From assembly GCA_964445745.1 (NCBI GenBank), contig CAYULU010000001.1, positions 35,873 through 99,872 of the forward strand: DNA of 64,000 nt. Direction: 5' to 3'. The stretch's first letter is position 1; every line of letters starts with the position of its first letter. The DNA comes from an uncultured bacterium. GTDB taxonomy: Bacteria; Omnitrophota; Omnitrophia; Omnitrophales; Aquincolibacteriaceae. The notes beneath the pieces are model-generated. The model saw only the letters and a program-made list of their open reading frames with translations, was not told the origin of the DNA and did no database searches. A program made the translations under genes and the position numbers. Shown one piece after another: positions 39,561 through 49,700 of the stretch.

Positions 39561-40367
39561 ATGTTTCAAAAGCGAAAAGTTTCGCTCCAAAATCTGAGGT
39601 TTCTTCTTCCTGCGGTTTTCTTGGGGGTGGGTATTTTTATCTCAGGATGCGCCTCTACGCCTCCGCCGGCCGCAATGCCCAATTTCCGTCCTGCAAGTGC
39701 CATGACGGTTAACCTGCCGGCTCCCACGACCGGCGGTATGCGTGACATCTACCATGTGGTCGGACCCTACGAGTCTCTTTGGCGGATTGCGACGATTTAT
39801 GGGAAGGACATGGACTCGATCATGCGCGATAACCAGATTTCAGATGCGACTAAAATTAAAAAAGGGCAGAGACTTCTGATCCGGAATACCTATGGGCCGC
39901 GTCCGAATATCCCGCTTTATCCCACAACGCGCTGGACTCATATTGTGATCCACCACACGGCAACCGATGTCGGGAACGCTTATACGATCGATTCTGCGCA
40001 TGTGAACCGTGGCTGGGAGCGTGGAATGGGATATGATTTTTTGATTGATAACGGAACTCATGGGAAAACCTTAGGACAAATTGAGGTGGGACCCCGATGG
40101 CTGAAACAGATTGATGGTGCTCATGTTAAAGAGGCGGATTGGAATAAAAAAGCGATCGGCATTGCCGTGATGGGAAATTATAGTGAAAATGCCATGCCCG
40201 AACGCATGATGGACAGTCTTGTTTTTCTCGTGGCTACTCTCAAAAATTTCTACAGAATACCGGAGCAAAATATTCTCGGACACCGCGATGTTCCGGGGTC
40301 GGCGACCGAGTGCCCGGGAAAGATTTTCCCCTGGAATGAATTTAAACGGCGGGTCCGGATGTATTGA
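39561..40367 (+). CDS. Lipoprotein N-acetylmuramoyl-L-alanine amidase with LysM domain (Amidase_2/PGRP-like).
   Basis: Lipobox ISGCAS after a hydrophobic leader. LysM YHVVGPYESLWRIATIYG...KKGQRLLI. Amidase_2 motifs IVIHHTATD and HRDVPGSATECPG. Confidence 0.85.
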   Translation: MFQKRKVSLQNLRFLLPAVFLGVGIFISGCASTPPPAAMPNFRPASAMTVNLPAPTTGGMRDIYHVVGPYESLWRIATIYGKDMDSIMRDNQISDATKIKKGQRLLIRNTYGPRPNIPLYPTTRWTHIVIHHTATDVGNAYTIDSAHVNRGWERGMGYDFLIDNGTHGKTLGQIEVGPRWLKQIDGAHVKEADWNKKAIGIAVMGNYSENAMPERMMDSLVFLVATLKNFYRIPEQNILGHRDVPGSATECPGKIFPWNEFKRRVRMY

Positions 40368-40462
40368 TCGAAAATCGAGATTCCGGACGAAGAAAATCAT
40401 TCCACTCGCCGTTGAGGTACGTATTCCTCGTTAGCCTTTCATCCCCAATTGCAATCTGCTGA

Positions 40463-40491
40463 AGTTGACAAAAATTCCCCTTGTGGTAAAG
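40463..40491 (+). promoter_or_regulatory. Candidate promoter (-35 TTGACA, 16-bp spacer, extended -10 TGgTAAAGT) driving a ~270-nt transcript that ends at the 40728..40767 terminator.
   Basis: Perfect -35 hexamer. Weak -10 compensated by the TG. See finding on the small transcription unit. Confidence 0.35.
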
Positions 40492-40727
40492 TTTGCCCGT
40501 GAGTGCAAAAAGAGGCTAAACTATGAAACTTTGTAACCTCAATAGTGAGAGCAGGTTAGAGCTTTATCCCATGACGTGTGTTATGGCGAAAGCGTGGATT
40601 CTGCCCGTTTTTTGGGGGCAGGTAGCCACGAAAATTTTTCGCCATCGATGCCAAAGTGTGGCAGTTCATGGGACTTGGGGGGTCAAAAGATTATCCTGAA
40701 ATAAGAAGATAAAAAGAAATCATTCCA

Positions 40728-40767
40728 AAGCCCATGATCGCTTCAACGGTCATGGGCTTTTTTTTTG
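40728..40767 (+). terminator. Rho-independent terminator (13-bp stem AAGCCCATGATCG / CGGTCATGGGCTT, 6-nt loop, 10-T run).
   Basis: Seen directly: aagcccatgatcg cttcaa cggtcatgggctt tttttttt. Confidence 0.75.
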
Positions 40768-40964
40768 TTCCAGTTTAACCTGTTTTCATGGAAGGTTAAG
40801 TCCCGATTATGCAGTCAGAAGCTGGGGCATGCGGCACGTACTTCATATTGCCATGCCCTTTTTAGAGAAGGAAGGAATGTTCTTTCCGGTGAAACCCGTA
40901 AAGGCCTCGAGCGGTTTTATCGGACATCAAAATCGAGGCGACATAATGGAAGGGAAGGATACAT

Positions 40965-41186
40965 ATGAAGAACCCGACTCTCAATGCCGGCAGTGCAATT
41001 TATCGTTGTGGGCGAAAAAACAGGGATCCTGTCAAGTTGACCGCTCTTTTGTGTTTGCGGGAATCCTTGATAGGGGAACGTTATGAAGAGTGCGGCGAAT
41101 TTGTCGCGATTGCCCGGGAATTCGGGGCGCTGGCTTCTGAGATCAAAGCCATCGTCGAGAATCCAAGGCGACACCCACAGTCATAA
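40965..41186 (+). CDS. Hypothetical small protein (73 aa).
   Basis: ORF preceded by AAGGA at 6 nt spacing. Sits in an otherwise gene-free 1.45 kb gap. No recognisable family. Confidence 0.4.
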   Translation: MKNPTLNAGSAIYRCGRKNRDPVKLTALLCLRESLIGERYEECGEFVAIAREFGALASEIKAIVENPRRHPQS

Positions 41187-41414
41187 TCAACCGGATGTGT
41201 TTTTAGTTCGACAGGTTACCATCTTGCGTTTTTTAAATTGGGAGATGGTTCAGGAGGGGTGTGTCTTTATAAAAAAGGTACGCAGTCAAGATTCTACTTT
41301 TTTTGCCGTAATATACAAAGTCTGGGGGCAGAATTTGATGATGATAACGATGTCGGGCTACTCCGGATCCCAAAATGCTATTAAATCATTTCTAATTTTA
41401 AAGGTGGAGGATTT

Positions 41415-41627
41415 ATGATCAACAACATGGTATTGTCGACTGAAATCGAATGGATCGGATATGAGCATCGTCGAAGCATGTTGCAGGTGGAGTTTATTGC
41501 CGGGCCGGTATATCAATACGATAATGTCCCCGAGAAGATCTATTCTGATTTTTTGACGGCTCCGTCTCATGGAAGATTTTTCGAAAGCAACATTAAGGGA
41601 AAATTTTCCTGCCGTAAAATACGCTGA
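41415..41627 (+). CDS. KTSC-domain small protein (70 aa).
   Basis: Strong SD AAGGTGGAGG 5 nt upstream of the ATG. Sequence IEWIGYEHRRSMLQVEFIAGPVYQYDNVPEKIYSDFLTAPSHGRFFESNIKGKF matches the KTSC fold consensus. Confidence 0.65.
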   Translation: MINNMVLSTEIEWIGYEHRRSMLQVEFIAGPVYQYDNVPEKIYSDFLTAPSHGRFFESNIKGKFSCRKIR

Positions 41628-41850
41628 CTCACTGCTTTCATTTTACCTGAAAGGTGCACACGATGTTTTTAACGTCATTTCCGTTTGTCCATCCGATGAA
41701 TCCATCCCTTATTTTGCAGTCACCGACTGAGGATGCTCTCGTCATCAAAGTTGAAGATCACCCTGACGTGGAATCCTGAACGGTTTCCCGTCGCTCTCCT
41801 TGCAATTCGAGGGGGCTTACGTAAAATAGGCTCCTCACGTTAGGAGAATT

Positions 41851-43431
41851 ATGAGGCAATTCACACATACCTTGAAGCCACGGGAGCAATGGGGGACACA
41901 ACTTGGGCTGATTCTTGCCATGGCGGCGAATGCGGTCGGATTGGGCAATTTTCTTCGTTTTCCCGTGCAATGCGCGAGCCATGGCGGCGGAGCTTTTCTC
42001 ATCCCTTACTTTATCGCATTTATTCTTCTCGGGATTCCCCTCATGTGGATCGAATGGGGAATCGGGCGTTTTGGCGGCAAGTACGGACATGGGACCACCC
42101 CTGGAATGTTTCACTACTTATGGCGCCATCCCATAGCCAAGTACATCGGCGCGATCGGGATTGCGGTGCCGTTTCTGCTGGTGATCTACTACAACTACAT
42201 TGTGTCCTGGACCTTGGCTTATAGTGTATTTTCTTTCACGGGGAAGTATGCGGGGCTGACGAGTTTTGAGGGGATGTCGGAATTTCTTGCGGCCTATCAG
42301 GGAAAGGTCTCCAATGCTCATTTCCCGACGATTGCGACGGCGTTCCTTTTTTTTGTGATAACACATAGCATTATGATGTGGGTGGTTTCGCACGGGGTGA
42401 CTCGGGGGATTGAACGACTGGTCCGGATCGCCATGCCTCTCATCATTGTTTTTGGAGTGATCCTTGTGGTTCGGGTGCTGTTCATTGGTACGCCGAATCC
42501 GGCCTACCCGGAAAACAATATTGCGAACGGGTTTGGCTTTATCTGGAATCTGGATTTTTCAGTTTTAAGGGACAGTAAGGTTTGGTTGGCCGCTACAGGA
42601 CAGATTTTTTTTACTTTAAGCGTCGGTTTTGGAGCGATTCAGACCTACGCAAGCTATCTCAAACCCAAAGATGATGTTGTTCTCTCGAGTATCGCGACTT
42701 GCGCCACGAATGAGTTCTGCGAAGTTGTTTTGGGTGCGTCGATTGCCATCCCGGTGACGCTTGCCTTTTTTGGTCTCGCTCAGACACGCTTGATTGCGGC
42801 AGGGGGGTCTTTTGATCTTGGTTTTTTTGCGATGCCGATTATTTTTCAGCAGATGATGTTCGGCCAATTTTTCGGAGCGATCTGGTTTTTTCTCCTGTTT
42901 CTTGCGGGACTTACATCTGCTGTCGCGATGGCTCAACCCATGATGGCTTTTTTGCAGGAGGAATTTCGAATGACTCGAAAAACTGCTTCGTGGGTGGTCG
43001 GCACCATGGTTTTCTTTTTTACGCTCCCCGTGATTTTTTTTCTAAAGCATGGATTTCTTGATGAACTCGATTTCTGGGTGGGGACTTTCGGGCTAGTGGT
43101 TTTTGCCATTATTGAGGTGGTGCTTTTTATCTGGGTATTTGGCGAGCGAAACGCCTGGAAGGAAATTAACTCGGGGTCGGAGATCCGTATACCGCGCGTC
43201 GTGATCCGAATTATGAAATACGTGACGCTGGCCTATTTGGTTGTTCTGTTGGTGTTTTGGCTTGCCCAGGACGGAATTTCTTTTTTGCTGATGAAAAATG
43301 TAACGCGAGAAGATTTCCCTTATGTTTGGTTCGCAAGGTTTATGATGGCGGGGGTGTCTGCCCTGATGATCTTTTTGGTGCATCTGGCATGGCAACGCAA
43401 ACATCACATCCAGCAGAGAATTCCCGATTAA
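41851..43431 (+). CDS. Sodium-dependent transporter, neurotransmitter:sodium symporter (SNF/NSS) family.
   Basis: WGTQLGLILAMAANAVGLGNFLRFPVQCASHGGGAFLIPYFIAFILLGIPLMWIEWGIGR is the NSS TM1-TM2 signature. About 12 TM helices. SD AGGAGA before the ATG. Confidence 0.88.
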   Translation: MRQFTHTLKPREQWGTQLGLILAMAANAVGLGNFLRFPVQCASHGGGAFLIPYFIAFILLGIPLMWIEWGIGRFGGKYGHGTTPGMFHYLWRHPIAKYIGAIGIAVPFLLVIYYNYIVSWTLAYSVFSFTGKYAGLTSFEGMSEFLAAYQGKVSNAHFPTIATAFLFFVITHSIMMWVVSHGVTRGIERLVRIAMPLIIVFGVILVVRVLFIGTPNPAYPENNIANGFGFIWNLDFSVLRDSKVWLAATGQIFFTLSVGFGAIQTYASYLKPKDDVVLSSIATCATNEFCEVVLGASIAIPVTLAFFGLAQTRLIAAGGSFDLGFFAMPIIFQQMMFGQFFGAIWFFLLFLAGLTSAVAMAQPMMAFLQEEFRMTRKTASWVVGTMVFFFTLPVIFFLKHGFLDELDFWVGTFGLVVFAIIEVVLFIWVFGERNAWKEINSGSEIRIPRVVIRIMKYVTLAYLVVLLVFWLAQDGISFLLMKNVTREDFPYVWFARFMMAGVSALMIFLVHLAWQRKHHIQQRIPD

Positions 43432-43525
43432 TTTTTTCACGCATCTTCTGCCCTTCTAAAGCGTAGATTTGAATCCGCGTATCGGCTCCCCGTACTTTCA
43501 TGACTGATAATTTTGTCAAACTGCT

Positions 43526-43555
43526 ATAGCAAAAAATAGTAAAACATAGCAAAAT
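43526..43555 (+). repeat. Three tandem 10-bp units ATAGCAAAAA / ATAGTAAAAC / ATAGCAAAAT (helically phased A-tracts) upstream of giant gene 3.
   Basis: Seen directly in the AT-rich 240-bp gap. A TTGTCA hexamer lies immediately upstream. Confidence 0.7.
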
Positions 43556-43733
43556 TATATAATAAGATAAAAAATACTATAAAAACATCCTTGAAATAGC
43601 TTCGCTGTGATGGCATGCTTTAAGTAGATGTAAATAATCAACATATAAAAATTAGATCAGCTTACTACCGTTGGCTGTCTTGACGGGCTGGCGTGTTGAG
43701 GAACTTCGAACCTTTAGTAAGACAACATTTTTT

Positions 43734-46700
43734 ATGAGCGATAAAACTATCAAAAACAAGAGTGTTCAATTTCGGGTTACTGCCCTTGCGGTCTTGGTCT
43801 GTTTTATAACCACGAGCGTATCGTTACCTGTGTCCGCAGATGCTTCGTCCGCAGGTCCTGCTGTTCCAACCCTTTTGCCCTTTGCTGAGTTGACCATTCC
43901 AGATGAGTTGGGAACCATGACGAAAGCGGTTGGAGCTCAAAGTGTGGCGGCGGGTGATCCGGGAAAAACCAGTGTCCAGGATTCTTCTCAACGAACCGTT
44001 ATCCTGATTCAAGATGCCCATGCCGTGAATGATGCCCAGAATAAAATTCAACAAATAATCGCGCATCTGCAGACCCATCATTATGCCGACGTGCTCCTTG
44101 TGGAAGGGGCGCAAGGTCGTTTAGACCCCACGATACTCCGGAATTATCCCGATAAAAATGTAAAACAGAGAGTCATCAACGAATATCTCGAGCGAGCAGA
44201 GCTTGCCGGTGTGGAATCTGCCGCTGTATTAAATGACACGCTTGGCCGTTTCGAAGGAGCGGAAGACTGGGCCCTTTATTCGGAAAACTTCGATGCCTAT
44301 CAGCGAGCGCAGGCGGAAAAAGAAAGTCTCCTGGACGTCCTGTCGGGTTATGAGCATAAGCTCGAAATGGAAAATACCGGTCGAATTAATTCGAGGCTGG
44401 AGGATTTTCTGAAACAGTGGACAGGGTTTCGATCCGGCTCTGTTTCCTTTCATGACATGCTTATTTCCCTGCAGGAGTTTTCAAGTCTGGCGAAAGAGGG
44501 GGATGGTTTCTCAGAGCTCAAAAGAATCCTGGATGCACTGGGTTATGAGAAATCAAGCCAACCGACTGCGCTCGAACCTGCGGTGAAAAAAATGGCCGCC
44601 GAATTCAAACAGAAATTTGCGAACGTGATGGATGTCCGTGACCAGGCGAACTTTTACATGAACTATCAGAAATTCCTGACGGGGCAGTTGGGAGCAGGTG
44701 AAATGCTGAGTCATCTTCTTCGTCTGGGACGGAAGTTGGGGAAGGAACCCAGGCTCAGTCCGGAAATGCGTCGTCTTCTGGGGCACACGCAGACTTTGGC
44801 CGCGATCAAGGGCAACAGACTTTTTGAGGAGCTGAACCGGTTTCTTGTGATGGTCGCCATGAGCCTCGCCCAAAACTCCGACGATGTAAGCACGGTCGAG
44901 CGATATGAAAAATTGTTCATTCTTGAAGATCTTGTAAAACTGGAGTTGACCCATCACTCGATATCCTCATTAATGAAATCTGGAGCGCACAGTACGAAAG
45001 TCGAAACGAGTTCCCGTGCCCCTGATTTACAGGCCCCCGACAAAATCAAAGTCCTGAATTTGGATGATTTTGATTTGGGATTTCTTTCAGATTTCGGATT
45101 GAGCGTTTCGGATTTTGAAAAAAGACTGCAACCGGCCATTGATTTTTACCGGGCCGCCTTGGAACGTGACCGGGTGTTCTATGAGCGGATTAAAGCAGTG
45201 CCCGAAAGCGATCGTACGATTGTCCTGATTGCCGGAGGCTTTCATACCAGCGGGATCGAACGACTGCTTCGTGAGAATCAGGACTCGTATGCGGTTGTGA
45301 CTCCCAGAATCGAATCCCTCAAAGGATCGGAAAATTATTTTCGCGTCATGAATAACGATTTTTCCTACCAGAAATATCTTGGCACTACCTACTATGATGG
45401 ATTGATCCGTCATGCGATTCGCAAATTGACGGAAGGCCTCGGTGAGGCTGAGCTCCGGCAAACAGCCAAGCGTTGGCGCGATAATCTTATCCGGGACCTT
45501 GCCTCGCAAAACAGGATCACGGACTTCGGGCAATATAGCCACTATCTTGATGATTTAAATCAGGTTTATGCTGAACGTTTTGCCAAAGATCTTAAACCTC
45601 TTACCAAGGAAGATATCCTGGAGGTGATTAAAAAGGAGTTAGAGAAGTTTAAATCAGATGTGCTGGTTTCACTGCGGAGGCAAGTCGAAGGTGATCTGCA
45701 AAGTACCACGGCCGGGATTCAGGGTCTGGAGGATCAAAAAGAATCTTCCGGCACAAAGCCTTCGGATCTTGCGCTTGATATTCCCGTTTCCAAGCCATCG
45801 ATGTTGAGCGCGGCTCTAGCGCTTGCTCCCAGGGTTCCGATATTAAAACTGCCTCTCAGTGAAGTCCGCCAGCCGACGGTAGTGGCCAGCGATATTCCTG
45901 AAGCCTTGAGGGAACCTGTGTCGCTAGAGGCCAGCGGCATTGAGATCGGGCCGGGGGTAGGAGAAGAAGGTTCAGGGCGGAGTGAGACCCGGGTTAATGA
46001 TGCGGTGAAAGAGAAAATTGAAAGCATTCGTGCCGGATTGCATCAGTTACTGCGCTGGCTTGTTGCAAAAATGGCGGTCGGCCCGTGGCGGGAAAAGATG
46101 CTCGGGTTTTTACTTGAAAGCGACCATGTGAAAATTCTGATCGACGACGGGAAAAAACATCAGCTTAAGCGATACGTCGCGAAATACGAGCCGAAGACCG
46201 GGCGCGTATATTTGTCTCAGGTGTTTCCGGGACATTATTCAAAAGAGAGCCTTTTAAGCCATCTCCCCGGGGCTGCTCAGCCGGAGATCTATAAAGGGAA
46301 AGGGGTGGAATTAATTTTGGGGGATGATGGTCGACCGTATCTATCAGTTAAATTTGATCAACCGGTGCTAATTGTTGATAGCGATCAGAAAATCCTTCAG
46401 TCAGAAAACATCAAGCCTCTTCTGGTGCCGCTTCCTAAAGTGAGCGAGACAATTGCTTTTCTCAAGAAAACGGTGCCGGGTTTCAGCCGTTGGCAGAAGG
46501 CGCGTGTGAAGGCACTGGAACAGCAAAAACTCGAAGCAGCGAGATTATGGTTTAATGCAGGCCGTTTTATGGCAAGAGAGTCCAAGGCCTTTGATAAGGA
46601 TGGGGATGTCGATACACTGGAATACGGATCCAGCCGATTTGAGGTCGGCATATCGGATTCCGGGGAGGAAATTGTTGTTAGGGTATTTAATCGTGATACG

Positions 46701-49700
46701 GGAATACTGGACGGGATTCTTTTCTACCCGTTTTTGGTTGGTGCCTGGTTCACGGCAGGTCAAGGATACGCGAATGAGATCCCGGTTTTGGATCCTGGTC
46801 TTCCGCCGATGGCTCTGAGATTTAGCTTGGGAGACAAGGGGGTTTATGTTTCCTCGGTTGCGGAGATTTCTGTCTACTTGCAGGCGGATGGTGTTCGTTC
46901 TGAGGAGTTAATACCGAGTTTCGAAGAAGCTGTGGCCAAGAATCCTGATTACCCCGGTGTTCTCCTTCCTCACACTGCCGGGAAAATCGAAAAACTAAAG
47001 TTGTTTCCGTTGGAACAGTCTCCGGACATGATAGGTCCTCCCTTTCATGTCAATCCTGAGGGCCCAAATGCCCCTTATATTCTTCGGGCGAGAGCTGAGG
47101 TTCGGAGTGAGGATGGGCGCCGGCCCGCTGGGATGATATCCAATGTTCGTAAGATTCTCATGGCCGGCATCTTATCTATTGCGATGATGAGTTCTGCGAT
47201 TGCGATGTCACCCCGAAGTTTTGGAGCCTTTCAAGGCGGACTTCAGACCCTTGGTTGGTATACAGGAAAAGTTGACCGAAAGGATGGACCCCGGACACAG
47301 TCGGCTGTCAGGACGCTCCAGACCATACTTCGTGATGAATTGGGGTTTACAGGGATTCGTGTTAACGGGCGCTATGACGATCCAGCGACACTGGCGGCAG
47401 TTAAAGAACTCCAGCGAAAGTTTCAGGAGCTCTGGACTGCGAAATATCGGGGCGGAGTGGACGGAGTTTTAGGCCCAGCAACGGCGCCTTTTTTTAAGCG
47501 GTACCTGGAACTTCTCAGAAAAGGGAGAGAGGCCCAAGGGCTTGTCGGTCAGGGTTTGTCAGATTCTGTGGTTTTGCCGTCCTATTTTCTATCGGATCCG
47601 GCCACCGAAGTTCTGAATAACCCAACCTTGCAGGCAGGTTTCTCTGGCTTGGGTTTTCAGGTGATTCAGCGGTTACTGGTATCTCGGCAACTTGTTCCGA
47701 AAACGCAAGAAACCAGGAATTTTATCTACACCTATCTGTATGAGACCCATCAGATAGTTCAGACGGCTAAACAAACGCTGACGGACTCCGAGTTTCAACG
47801 TGTTTTTCATTCAAAAAAATCTGAAATGACTCTGGAGCGGGTGGCCCAACTCGCGATGTTCGTTTTTGATCTGAATAATCACGAGAGCATGGGACATGTC
47901 CATATCAAAAACAAACGAGGCAGCGATTTTTCTCAAGCGCAAATCGTGATAGGGACTCGAAAAGAACTTTTTCAAAAAAACTTGTTTAAAAAAATAGCGG
48001 GAGTTACAGAGACTCAGCCTGCGACATCGAAGGAGTGGGAAGAATTTCTCGTAACTGGTTCTTCCGCGAACCGAAACCGCATTGCGATGGTGATTATTCA
48101 TTTTTTAAGAGCTCCCCGAGGCTTGTCTTTTGAGAAATTGTTCCCGATAGATACTGTGGAAGGATCGAAAATTTGGGGGAAATATTACCAAACCCAGTCG
48201 CTTGAAAAAGCGATGAGGAATTTCAGCGAAAGGGCTAAACGTTTTAGAGATGATTGGGGCCAAGTGACACAATATTATTTGTCACACCAGCGCTCGGAGG
48301 TGAGGGCTGAGGGAAGCTTGCCTGATGATGTTCGTGATTCGATGTTGCCGGAAAAATTACCGAATGTTGTGATACTGTCCCCGGTTTTTAATGAGCGGGA
48401 TAAGCTTCCGGAGGTTTTGGAAAATATTAAACAGCAGAAATATTTAAAGAATGTGATTTTTGTTGATGATGGTTCAAGTGACACGACGGCGACGTTTCTG
48501 CGGGATTCGGGTGTTTATTTTATTTCTTTTGCCAAAAACGCACAGAAAGAAGGCGCTCTTTTGAATGCGCTGGAAATCTTGCAGAATCGCTATGGGTTGC
48601 CCGATTATTTTGTGGCGATAGACGGAGATTCTTATTTTGGCGGAGAGAACATCCTCGCTGTTCTGAAGAAAGCGATTAAGGAGATGGAAAAGGGGGGCAA
48701 TGTGGCCCGCCCGATTGATATTGAAGCTCATTTGACCGCCCGTTCCGGGGCTCTCGAATGGCTCCAGGGGATCCACTGGTATTTAACGATGGGGATCCGC
48801 ACGATCTATTCAAAAATTTCTTTTTTCCCTCCGAGTTTGTTGGGCGGAGGAAATATTTTTAAAACCCAGGTCTTTTTGGATGCCGTTGCGAAAAGAAAGG
48901 CCGGTTTCGAAGCAGGGGATGTGGAATTAAACGGGATTATTAGTTCGATGGGGAAAGTGGCGAAACCCCTTTCGACCGTCAGGGTCAGAACCGAAGTTTT
49001 TAAGAAATGGAATGACTTTTTTAAGCAACAAAGAAGGTGGGCTCGTGCCCAGCTCGAAGGAACTCCAAACTGGTTTTTTGCTGTTTTTCTGTCAGGCCTT
49101 GTTTTATTTGACGCGTTCATTTTATGGAATCTCCCGGCATTTCTGGCCCTGACGGCGGTGTTAGCGGTTGCGTCTGTTTTTTCGGTCATGTTGCGTTACG
49201 GGGTTATGCAGTTCCAGAAGTTTGCTAGCGCGGGTTCGAAACGAAATTTGCCTGAACAACAATCGATTCGTGTCCGGTTTTGGCGTGATGTTGTGTTGTT
49301 ATCGCCGTTACTTGCTCTTTATGAAACTGTCAATATGTTTACCATGTTCAACGTGGCAACCTTCCAACAATTGCAGGCTCCCAAAAGTATTCCTCCGTGG
49401 ACCGATACGACTGCTACACGCTCCGAGATTCGTAGCGATGAGATTGATCCTAATCCTAATGATTATGGTTTAAGGAGGGGGAGACTGAGCCGGGATTCAG
49501 AAATAATGCTGGGGTCTCTTGCGGATTATCTTTCCAGAAACCAGATAGCCAGAGATGACGCGAACCTGATAGCTCGGACACTAGTTCGTATGAAACCTCT
49601 GTCTCTGGAACTACTCCGTGATTGGGGAGTCCTCACAGCGGAAGAAACCAGGCTGGTCGCCGCCGGGGATATTGGCAAAATCATGATTTCTCAGGATATG

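Noticed and set aside
40829-41418. ORFs 40829..41086 (85 aa) and 41083..41418 (111 aa) on the + strand.
   Set aside because: They overlap the better-supported 73-aa ORF and the KTSC gene in other frames. They have no SD and low-complexity, Arg/Ser-rich translations.
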